DNA of 64,000 nucleotides, taken from contig NW_027362762.1 in NCBI RefSeq assembly GCF_046119375.1, positions 694,090,001-694,154,000 on the forward strand, given 5' to 3'. Position 1 is the first letter of the stretch, and each line of letters opens with the position of its first letter. A model generated the notes under the pieces. The model was not told the origin of the DNA. It did no database searches and was given only the letters and a program-made list of their open reading frames with translations. Below are positions 11,235 to 21,600 of this stretch, piece after piece. Origin of the DNA: Phyllobates terribilis (taxonomy: Eukaryota). Both the position numbers and the translations under genes were made by a program.

Positions 11235-12590
11235 TTAATTTCAGCCTACCTGGGGCGTAGGCTTAAATCTTTTTTTTCTTTTCCATAGTAAGAATATTTT
11301 AATAGGTGAAGACAATTATTTTGAGCTAAGACAGGGTTGTATCTAGTGGGAAAGGTTACTGGGGCATGGGTACCAGGGAGGGTGCCAACAAGCCCACATT
11401 GCCTTGGTCAGGGAGTTTGGATATGGGGTAAGAGCAACAGCATAAGCCCCAATTTATCAAAGCTTTTTCGCCAGAATTTTGGTGTAAAAAGCTTTGAAAA
11501 GTCGTCTTTTAGTATTTTCACTTCAATTTCACTCAGATCCAACAAAGTTGGTTGAGTTTGGGCAGGATGGAGTATGATGGGGCATATCGATACCTGCTTG
11601 TAAAATTCATGATGAGCGGTGGTGTTCCACACGCCAGAAATGTTACTCCAGTCCCTGAGGTGCACATGGAGGCGCATGCCACTTTGTTCCTTGCCTGATC
11701 CTCATTAATTTCAACCAACCTGGGGCTTAGGCTTATAGTTTATATTTTATTTTCCATAGTAAGAATATCGAAATAGGTGATGGTAATTATTTTGAGCTAA
11801 GACAGGGTTGTAGCTAGTGGAAAAAGGCTACTGGTGCATGGGTACCAGGCAGAGTGCTAACAATCTTCCATTGCCTTGGTTGCAGAATTTGGATACGAAG
11901 TAAGGGCAGCAAACTTTGACCCCAATTTATCAAAGCTTTTATGCCAGAATTTTGGTGGAAAAAGCTTTGAAAAGTTGCCAAAGTTGGCTGAGTTAGGGCA
12001 GTACTGGGACATAATGGGGTGCAGTGCTCCGCACTCACTCAAATTTATAGGGTTGAAATCAAATTAATAACGAGCGGTGGTGTTACTTACACCATAAATC
12101 TTATTTCAGCCCCCGAGGTGCACATGGAGGTGCGTGCAACTTTCTTCCTTGCCTGATTCGTTAAGTGTCGTTTGCGCCTTAATGAATCAGGCGCCTCACA
12201 CTCCACCCCACCCTCTTGTGGCATTAATGTTTGACATGGATGAAAAAAATTCTAGCTATAGCTCTGTAAATATTGTCAGCTAAGGCAGGCTTGTGGTTAG
12301 GGAGGAGAACTACCAAGGTATGGGTATCAGAGAGGGTGTCAACAAGCCCACATTGCCTTGACCATGGTATGTGGATAAGGGGCAAGGGCAGCAAACTCAC
12401 TCTTTGCACTGGGAAAAAAAATCATAGGTAAAGCTTTTTAACTTTTTTTCTGATAAGGCTGGGTTGTAGCTAGGGGGAAAGACTACTGGAGTATGGGTAC
12501 AAGGGAGGGTGTCAACAAGCCACCACTCACCATTGCCTTGGACATAGTGTTTAGATACAGGGCTAGTAAACAAAACTAAACTTAAATCTT
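11235..12590. repeat. Degenerate ~470-bp tandem duplication plus two shorter partial units
   Basis: GAGCTAAGACAGGGTTGTA at 11323 and 11794 (offset 471); AATTTCA.C..ACCTGGGG at 11237 and 11707; partial units with GGGTGTCAACAAGCC at ~12335 and ~12508. Confidence 0.8.
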
Positions 12591-12606
12591 AGCTGCGATA
12601 TCTAGA

Positions 12607-12916
12607 GGTTCCAATACACATTGGATAGCTGTTGGTCAAATGATCGTTTGGCCGACAGCTATTTCACCCTACTCCACCATACACATGAACGCTCATCTCA
12701 GCTGAGCTTTCCTGTGTTCTTTATATGAGAATTTCTGTCAGACTCTTTAGAATGAACGAAAAAAATGGAAACTGAAATTTGGAAAGCTGGATTCTTTTCT
12801 CCCCCGACATCATCTGTCCGGGGAAAGTCAGGAAGCCCAGATATAGATTAGAATGTTAACCGATCCCGCCAACATCGATAGGTTCAGTGGATTTTAGTCT
12901 AATGTGTCAGGGAGCC
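12607..12916. mobile_element. Harbinger-type MITE, degenerate
   Basis: TIR-like GGTTCCAATACACATT / AATGTGTCAGGGAGCC, followed by TTA. Confidence 0.55.
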
Positions 12917-13018
12917 TTAAGGGATTGGTTATGTAAGGAGTATTCCCCAATTATCATACACAAAGACTGGTCACCTGTAACTCCATAACTTAAATTAGAC
13001 TGATTAAATTGCCATTTA

Positions 13019-14394
13019 CAAGTGGTTTATTTCTGTTAATGTTGATGATTATTGCTTTCAGCCAATGAAAACACAAAAGTCATTATCTAAGTAAATTAGA
13101 ATATATAACAAAAAACACCTGCTAAGGCTTCCTTAGCATTTAAAAAGGTACCTTAGTCTGTTTCAATAGACTTCACAATCATGGGGAAGACTGCTGACTT
13201 GACAGATGTCCAGAAGGCAGTCATTGACACACTCCACAAGGAGGGTAAGCCACAAAAGGTCAGTGCTGTATCCAAGCAATATTAATGGAAAGTTGAGTGG
13301 AAGGAAAAAGTGTGGTAGAAAAAGGTGCACAAGCAACCAGGATAACCGCAGCCTTGAAAGGATTGTTAAGAAAAGCCCATTCAAAACTTTGGAGGAGATT
13401 CACAAGGAGTGGACTGCTGCTGGAGTCATTGCTTCAAGAGCCAACACACACAGACATATCCAGGACATGGGCTATAAGTGTCACATTCCTTGTGTCAAGC
13501 CAATCATGACCAATTGACAACGCCAGAAGCGTCTTACCTGGGCCAAGGAGAAAAAGACCTGGACTGATGCTCAGTGGTCCAAGGTGTTGTTTTCAGATGA
13601 AAGTAAATTTTGCATTTCATTTGGAAATCAAGGTCCCAGAGTCTGGAGGAAGAGTGGAGAGGCACACAATCCAAGCTGCTTGAGGTCTAGTGTGAAGTTT
13701 CCACAATCAGTGATGGTTTGGGGAGCCATGTCATCTATTGGTGTTGGTCCAGTGTGGTTTATCAAGACCAAAGTCAGCGCAGCCGTCTACCAGGAAATTT
13801 TAGAGCACTTCATGCTTCCCTCTGCCGGTAAGTTTTTGGAGATAGAAATTTCTTTCTCCAGCAGGACTTGGCACCTGTCCACACTGCCAAAAGTACCAAT
13901 ACCTGGTTTAAAAACAACAGTATCACTGTGCTTGATTGGCCAGCAAACTCGCCTGACCTTAACCCCATAGAGAATCTATGGGGTATTGTCAAGAGGAAGA
14001 TGAGAGACGCCAGACCCAGCAATGCAGACGAGCTGAAGGCTGCTATCAAAGCAACCTGGGCCTCCCTAACACCTCAGCAGTGCCACAGGCTGATCGCCTC
14101 CATGCCACGCCGCATTGATGCAGTAATTGATGCAAAAGGAGCCCCGACCAAGTATTGAGTGCATTTACTGAACATACATTTCAGTAGGCCAAATTTAGCA
14201 TTTTGAAAACATTTTTCAAGCTGTATTCTAAGGTATTCTAATTTACTGAGATAACGACTTTTGTGTTTTCATTGGCTGTAAGCCATAATCATCAACATTA
14301 ACAGAAATAAACACTGGAAAAAGTTCACTCTGTTTGTAATGACTCTATATAATATGAGTTTTTGATGATATTTTAATTTAGTGAGAAGCACTTG
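13019..14394 (+). mobile_element. Tc1/mariner transposon with a partly deleted left TIR
   Basis: TA|CAAGTG…CACTTG|TA termini. Inverted repeats 13025-13110 vs 14230-14312. The left TIR lacks the segment between CAAGTG and GTTTATTTCTG. Confidence 0.88.
13181..14158 (+). pseudogene. Tc1 (DD34E-type) transposase, frameshifted, with a stop codon
   Basis: MGKTADLTDVQKAVIDTLHKEG…; LFSDESKF, VMVWGAMS, WPANSPDLNPIENLW, …KGAPTKY-stop, split over three ORFs. Confidence 0.92.
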
Positions 14395-15022
14395 TATATT
14401 TCAAAGTGTTTATTGCACCACTACACAATACACGTGAAAAACTAGTGAGCTGAAAGTCGAAATCCTCAAAAGATGATCAACTAAAGCAAAATAAATAGCA
14501 ACAAAATGTATATACCCTGCTCTTTGTCCATGGTAATGGGTAGAAGGGATCTTCAAATGACAATAAAATAAAGAACACAGTGAAAAATAAAGAAAAGAGA
14601 AAGAAAACAAGGACTGAAAAATGTAAAAAGAAAAGTTCAGAGAAAGCCTTCCCCTGGTTCCCAGCTCCACATGAGAGAACAACAAAATGAAATTGCCTTT
14701 TATAAAAGAATAGGTAACTGAGTAGTATACCATGTTAAGAGTCCCATTTACATCATATCTGTAGTAGCCAACAGCTGAACAGGAGAATTCGTTTTCGGAC
14801 TATAGTTTTCTCATTGCCACCACATACATATTTTAAAAATCAAAAAAAGAAACTGCAGAATGAAGAAGATTAAATTGATAACTATACTACTTTTACGAAT
14901 GGCTGATAAATAGTCAGTCAGTATAAACTACATTATAGGGCCAAAATGACATCACAATTTTCACATATTATCTGTAATTAGTAACAACCAATCAATGACA
15001 GATAATGTGTGAAAATTGTGTT

Positions 15023-15096
15023 TATTTTTCCATTATTTAATCCAGCTACCATCCAATAATTATTGGATGGTAGCTGGATTAAATAATGGAAAAATA
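15023..15096. repeat. Perfect 74-bp palindrome (37-bp arms, no spacer)
   Basis: TATTTTTCCATTATTTAATCCAGCTACCATCCAATAA|TTATTGGATGGTAGCTGGATTAAATAATGGAAAAATA, checked base by base. Confidence 0.97.
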
Positions 15097-15234
15097 TACT
15101 CTAAGAGAACATATTGCAATAAGATCATGTACATTAAATGTACCTATTTGAGAATTTATAGGGTTTAAATCAACAAACATCTTTAAATTGCACTCAATCT
15201 TCCATGCCCAATTGGTCATAGGATCCAAGTTTAA

Positions 15235-15636
15235 AGGGAACCTGTCACCTACAAAAATGCTTTTTACCTGCAGATTTAGTGGTAATCTGCAGGTAAATAG
15301 TGTTTAAATGATGTTAGTCTGCTTCACTGGATCAGTGGCTGCAGGAAAAAAAACCTAAAATATATTTTTTCTACAGCTGCTGCATGGGGCGTGCTGTAAT
15401 CACTCCACCTCCCCCTTACTAACTGTTAGCTCTGCAGTGCAAGTGTGCAGTGAGTGTGTACAGAGCAGGTTGTCAGTGTGCTGGGTGATTATAGCTCACT
15501 GTGTAGTCAGAGCTAACTGTTATCACCCCATTTTATCCCTCTTGCCACTGTTCCATTAAACCTGATCAACATAATTTAAAATAATTACCACTATATCTGC
15601 AGATAAACAGCAATTTTTATACGTGACATCTTCCCT
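15235..15636. mobile_element. Kolobok/T2-type MITE
   Basis: TTAA|AGGGAACCTGTCAC … GTGACATCTTCCCT|TTAA. Confidence 0.8.
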
Positions 15637-15640
15637 TTAA

Positions 15641-16265
15641 TGGGAATCTTTTTGCAGGATTTCACCCACCTGACTGCTGATATGCAAATGTAGCTCTTGC
15701 TATTAATATTTTACATATTTTTCATATTCACATTTCTATGTCTGAAGGGTGTGTGTTAGCAGGATTTCACCCTCCAGACTGTTTATATGCACATAAAGCT
15801 CTTGCAAAGACAAGTTCATATATTCATTTAGCTAGCTAGTCTGTTCCTACTGAGAAATTGAATAAATTTCCATTTGAATAAATATAGAAATGAGATTAAA
15901 GTGCTTTAGGCATGTGGAAGCACTTCCCAAGTCTCTACTCTCCCCAGCTCTATTCAGCATCCAACGTTATCTTCTGCTGCTTGACTGACAGTTCCTTTGC
16001 TTGAAAGCACACAACAAAGGAGCTGTCAGACCAGCAGAAGGTAGTGCTAGGTGGGGATTAGAGCTGGGAAGAGCAGAGAATTGGGAAGTGCTTCCACATG
16101 CTGAAAGCACATCAGCCTCATTTGCATATTGATCCAAAAGGCAATTTCTCAAAAATGGAGGGAGGAACAGACTAACTAGCTAAATGTATGACTGGACTTA
16201 ATTTTTCAAGAGCTACATGAGTATTTAAACAGTTTAGGAGGAGACATCCTGCTAACAGATTCCCT
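15641..16265. mobile_element. Second Kolobok/T2-type MITE sharing a TTAA with the previous one
   Basis: Start TGGGAATCT..TTGCAGGAT; end ATCCTGCTAACAGATTCCCT; internal inverted repeat GTGCTTTAGGCATGTGGAAGCACTTCCCAA / TTGGGAAGTGCTTCCACATGCTGAAAGCAC. Confidence 0.7.
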
Positions 16266-17251
16266 TTATATATGGAAACGTGAATATGAAAAATATGTGG
16301 AATTGTAAAAAAAATGTGAATATGGAAAATTACATTCCTAATAGTACATTTTAAAAACATGGCTCTAGCAAAAATTGCTGTGACACTTCCACTATATTTT
16401 CAGTTCCTATGAAAGAGTTGCAGACATCTCATTAGGGTAATTACATCAGCAGGGTTACCAAGTATCATCAGTCTCCTTAGAGATTGTAGCACATAAACAA
16501 CTAAAGAAATGATCGTTTAGGAAGAGCAATAAATATAGTCTCATCTGAGATTTGCTTTATCTACATTCTATTTATCCTTTATCTATTTCTTAAAGTCTCG
16601 TTTCCTTCCTGATATTCCCTAAAGAGAGTCAAAATTCAACTGAATTTCTACTCATGACACTTAACTTTTCTGTTAATAAGAGGGTCAAATCACATCTGCA
16701 GAATATTATGCAAACGTTTTAGGCATGTGTGGAAAAAATGCTGCAATGAAGAATCCTTTCAAAAGTGTTAATAGTTAATTTGGTGCGACCACCTTTTGCC
16801 TTCAAAACAACATCAAACATCAATTCATCTAGGTACAATTGCATGCAGATTACGAACAAACTTGGCAGGAAGACTGTTCAAATCAACTTAATGACATTGG
16901 CTGTATGTATTAGGTCATTGTCTTGCTGCAAAATAAATTTGGAGTCAATTTGATGTCTCCCTCATGGCACTGATTGATGGATAAGTATCTGCTTTTATTT
17001 CATAATGGTGAAGAAACCAAGAAATGGGCGATGTTGAGGTCTGCAGACCCAGTGGTGGCCAAGAAAAGTTAGTGAAGCAGATGAAAGACACATCATCCTT
17101 ACTTCCCTTCACAATAGGAGGATGTCGAGCATCGCCATCAGCTCAGAACTGGCAGCAACAGGTGGCATTCAGCTGCACCAATCTACTGTTAGGAGAATTC
17201 TGGCCAGAAGTGGTCTTTATGGAAGAATTGCCGCCAAAAAACAATACCTTC

Positions 17252-18254
17252 TGACGCGCCCCTGGGCCTGCTATGTCGCGCAGCGTCTCGCGCACGGGGG
17301 CTTACCCGGAACCGGATCAGATGAGGGTTGTAGTCTCCGAGTGGCGGGGACCCGGTCCGTGCCCAGGGAGTCAAACTCAGTGTGTGGCAGTCTTGATAGG
17401 TGTTATTTGAGTGTCGACTACGCCACCCGTTGATTTGCAGCTATGGAGCTGCCGCTGCAGGGCAGACCGCTGAGGCCGGTGTAGAATTGTGCAGCGTGAT
17501 AGTATAACCCCCAACGGGAGGGGTATGGCCTCAGGGCAGCCGACGTGGAAGATGGGGGTAGCAGGAACCACTCAGAGACGGTGCGGTGTAATTCAGGGTC
17601 TTTACTGGTAACAACGATAGACCCTCCCGGAGTACTTGCTAGCGAACGGGGCCTGGTCAGTCCTTGAGCAGATGGGATCTCCCCTGGCCAGGCGGAGTTG
17701 TAGGCCTCCCAAACTGACTGTACTCTTCTGGCTACCTTGCTAGAAGCGGATATAAGTAGCCCACGTCCATGAGTGTGCCGTGTGGTGCTCACCCGTATGG
17801 CCGGTGACTCGGGGCCTTCTAATGGCTTTCGCTCCACGATGGCAGTGCTGGTCCCACGCGTGTGACCTTGCCTTCGGGTTTCTGGGCCTGAGGACCTGAA
17901 ATCCCCTGCCGGTCGGCTTCTGCTGCTGGGTAAGAGTTAGTCCCCACAGCCTCGGACGCCGGGTCCGGTAAGAAAGCTTCTCAGTCAGGGCGAGCTCTGC
18001 AGCTGCCAGCCCCTGATTCGTAGTAGTATTGCTCCCACTGAGCTTCTGCTGTTTCTTCCTATGACTGTTTCTCGTCTCTACTCTCCTTGACTCCTAACCC
18101 TGCCTCAGCCCCGGGTTTATATAGGGGAAGTTCTTCCCCTCCCAGGACTGGGCAGGAGGTGTGGCATGCATAGGATCCCTGACCAAAGGACCTCCCACCT
18201 GCTCTCAGACATAACATTACATTACTGTGGAAACCAGACCCCTGGGGTGCCACA
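17252..18254 (-). repeat. 3' LTR
   Basis: Direct repeat of 24156-25158 (offset 6904); 8 substitutions and no indels by eye. Confidence 0.97.
17601..17606 (-). terminator. Candidate variant poly(A) signal AGTAAA in the 3' LTR
   Basis: No AATAAA on the minus strand of the LTR. AGTAAA lies 349 nt from the LTR end and 351 nt from the end of the divergent solo LTR (4124-4129). Confidence 0.6.
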
Positions 18255-18263
18255 TTCCCCCCT
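18255..18263 (-). other. Polypurine tract
   Basis: Minus strand AGGGGGGAA immediately before the 3' LTR. Confidence 0.85.
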
Positions 18264-18618
18264 AGTGAAATTTAGTACTCCGGGACTAAACATATTTTAG
18301 AAAAACATAACAAGATATAACAACAATAATAGTACAATAAGAAGAAACACATAAAGGTGGTCACGGCATGTCCGTAACCGGGTGTAGTCTTTGAAGAAAA
18401 GCAAGGTGTCCATTTCACCAAAACAGGGAGACGTAACCAGGTAGGGGTTTGTCCTGCCCCGAGTCCTTAACAGTCTTTAGTCCGTCCTGGGTTACGCTCC
18501 AACTATGTACAAAGGATTCCCGGTAAACCCACCAAGGACTCCTACAAATAACTAGAAACACAAAATTATACACAAGCAACAATACACAGGTAAACATAAA
18601 TAAAACAATTTATACACT

Positions 18619-21600
18619 TCAAATCCTCCAACGTGCGGGTAACTGGCCTCTAGTGGCCCTAGTGGACCTACGGAGCTGACTGTCTAGCCCTGAACTACAG
18701 GGTGTAGGAGCTGTCAAGGGTAAACTGGGCAGCTGTCTACCGGCTCTTTGGCTCACTAGGGATATGGCAGGCTCACTGCAAGCAGAGGGTTGATCCTCCT
18801 GGTCTGCGGGTGTGGGGTCTTCTGCCTCCTGGACCGGCTGTTCTTCCAGCTCTACCTGTTGCTCCGTAGGTGCTTGGGATGCTGGTTGGAGGAAGGTGAG
18901 TACGGGTACCACAACTGCACCATTGACTTGAGTCCAAGACCGAGGGAAGTCCCCGAGCACAGTACTAACCATATCTTCCCTTTCCTCTACGGGTCGATGG
19001 TCTTCTTGTTCCTCTTCAGGGTTCCTCAGTTGTTCGGGACACTTCTTCAGGTGGTCCCGGGATACAATGGCTGTGGTTTCCCCTCCGTCTTTACTGATGG
19101 TACAAACCTTCGGGTTCTCGTGGCTTGAGGGCAGTACGGTGTACGGGTCCTTCTCCCACTGGTCGTCCAACTTGTGGAGCCGTCTCTTCCTCTTCAAGAC
19201 CTGCTCTCCGGGTACCAGGGGAACAGCGGGAGCATACTGGTTGTAAGTTTTCTCTTGTCTTTCCCTAGCCTGACAGAGACTTCGCTCCACGCTCTCCTGT
19301 ACTCTCCGGTACTGCTGCTGCCTCTCTGTGTCCCAGTCTGCTTCTGGTGAAGTGTCCTCGGGTGTCAGGACTCCCATCTCCAGGTCAACAGGTAGCTTAC
19401 CAGGTCTTGCCCTCATCAGGTAAGCCGGGGTACAGTTAGTGGAACCTACCGGGATGTGGTTGTATAGGTCCACTAGGTCGGGCAACCTCTCGGGCCACAG
19501 ACTGCGTTCTTCCAGGGGCAATGTTTTTAGAAGATCTATCACCACCTGGTTCATTTTCTCACAAAGTCCATTAGTTTGCGGATGATAGGGTGTCGTCCTT
19601 ATCTTCCGGCAGCCATACAGAGTGCAGAATTCTTGGAAGACCTCCGCTTCAAAGGCAGGTCCCTGATCCGTCAGCACTTGGTCCAGGTACCCGTGTGGAC
19701 GGCAGAAGTGCTGCTGGAAGGCTCTAGCTGCTGTTTGAGCCGTTAAGTCCTTGACGGGGACGACAACCAAGAACCGGGAGTAATGATCCACGATGGTTAA
19801 CGCGTAGACGTAGCCACTTCTGCTTGGGGTCAGTTTTACATGATCCAAGGCTACCAGTTCCAACGGTTGCCGGGTGACGATGGACTGCAGGGGAGTCTTC
19901 TGGCTGGCACGGTCCTTCCTTCTCAGGTTGCACGGGCCACAGTCTCTGCACCACTTCTCAATGGTTCCCCTCATGCCTACCCAGTGGAATCGCTCGCGCA
20001 GCAGGAACTCCAGCTTCTTCCACCCGAAGTGTCCAGCTCCGTCGTGGTATGCCTCCATCACCATGGCTGCGTCTCTTCGTGGCACCACTACTTGCCAGAG
20101 TAGTTCATGCGTCCGGGAGTTAACCATTCTGCGGCACAACTTCCCCTTGTAAAGGAACAGTCGACTCTTCTCTGCCCATAGTTGTTTGGCTTCCTCCGGA
20201 GCGTCTGGTTCAAGGCAAGCCTCCGGGCGAGTCAGCATCTCCTTCACCAGTCGGACGGCAGGGTCGCTGTCTTGCGTTTCCGCCCAGTTGTAGTGAGGTA
20301 AGGGGTTCAACGTAGCAGCCTGCTTACTCCTTACCCGGTGGGAATACTGGATAGTCCCATGACGGTGGAACGCAGGGAGTTCAACTTCTTCCAGTCCCTC
20401 CGGATCTTCTCCTTCGTCCGGCAGGTTGGGCATCCTGGACAGGGCGTCCGCGTTGGTATTGGAGCGTCCGGCCCGGTATTTGATTGTGAACTCGTAGTTG
20501 GACAGACGGGCCATCCACCTCTGTTCCAGGGCACCGAGTCTTGCCGTGTCCAGGTGTGTCAACGGGTTGTTATCCGTGTACACGGTGAACCGGGAAGAAG
20601 CGAGGTAATGCTTAAAGCGCTCGGTGACTGCCCATACTACGGCCAGGAACTCTAGCTTAAATGAGCTGTAATTCTCAGGGTTCCTTTCGGTGGGTCGCAG
20701 CTTTCGGCTGGCGTAGGCGATTACTCGTTCCTTCCCCTGCTGGATCTGGGACAGTACGGCTCCTAGCCCGATGTTACTGGCGTCGGTGTAGAGGATAAAG
20801 GGCTGGCTATAATCCGGGTACGCCAGGATTTCGTCCCCCGTGAGGGCCATCTTCAGCTGGCGGAAGGACTCTTCTTCCAGCTCCTCCCATTTGAAGGGCG
20901 GCTTCTGGTTCTTGGCCTTCCGGGACTGGCCTATCAGGAGGTCCTGCATAGGTGCTGCCTTTTTGGTGAAACCGGGAATAAACCTTCGGTAGTAGCCTAC
21001 CAACCCGAGGAACTGCCGCACTTCTTTTACGCTGGAGGGGCTTGGCCATTCCTTAATTGCGGTGATCTTATCAGGGTCGGGAGCCACTCCGTCAGCGCTC
21101 ACCACGTGTCCTAGGTACTGCACCTTTGGTTTCAGGAGGTGACACTTGGAGGGTTTCACCTTTAGGCCGTAACTCGCCAGAGCTTCGAACACTTCCGCCA
21201 GGTGTTTTAGGTGGTCCTCATACGTCTTGGAATATACGATGACATCGTCCAGGTACAACAGGACCGTCTCGAAGTTTCTGTGGCCCAGACAACACTCCAT
21301 TAGTCGTTGGAAGGTTCCTGGTGCGTTGCAGAGTCCGAACGGCATGCAGGTGAACTCGCTAAGTCCCATCGGGGTGGTGAATGCGGTCTTCTCCCGGTCC
21401 GCCTCTGCTACAGGAACCTGCCAGTACCCGCTAGTGAGATCCAAGGTAGAGAAGAAGTTAGCAGATCTTAAAGCAGCCAATGACTCCTCTATCCTTGGTA
21501 AGGGGTACGCATCCTTGTGTGTGATACGGTTGATTTTCCGGTAATCTACACACATCCTCATGGTGTTGTCTTTTTTTCTGACTAAGACTAGTGGAGCTGC

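Noticed and set aside
14516-14550. Candidate 35-nt minus-strand exon (TTTGAAG|ATCCC…GCAGG|GTATAT)
   Set aside because: Splice signals are modest, the peptide is unrecognised and no partner exons were found. Similar candidates at ~10475-10520 and ~26337-26420 have stops in all frames.
17122-17837. ORFs of 60-139 aa in the LTRs, duplicated at 23951-25205
   Set aside because: They duplicate only because the LTRs do, have no recognisable domains, and are expected in GC-rich sequence.
18255-18618. Possible env or extra ORF between pol and the 3' LTR
   Set aside because: Only 364 bp with no env-like ORF.
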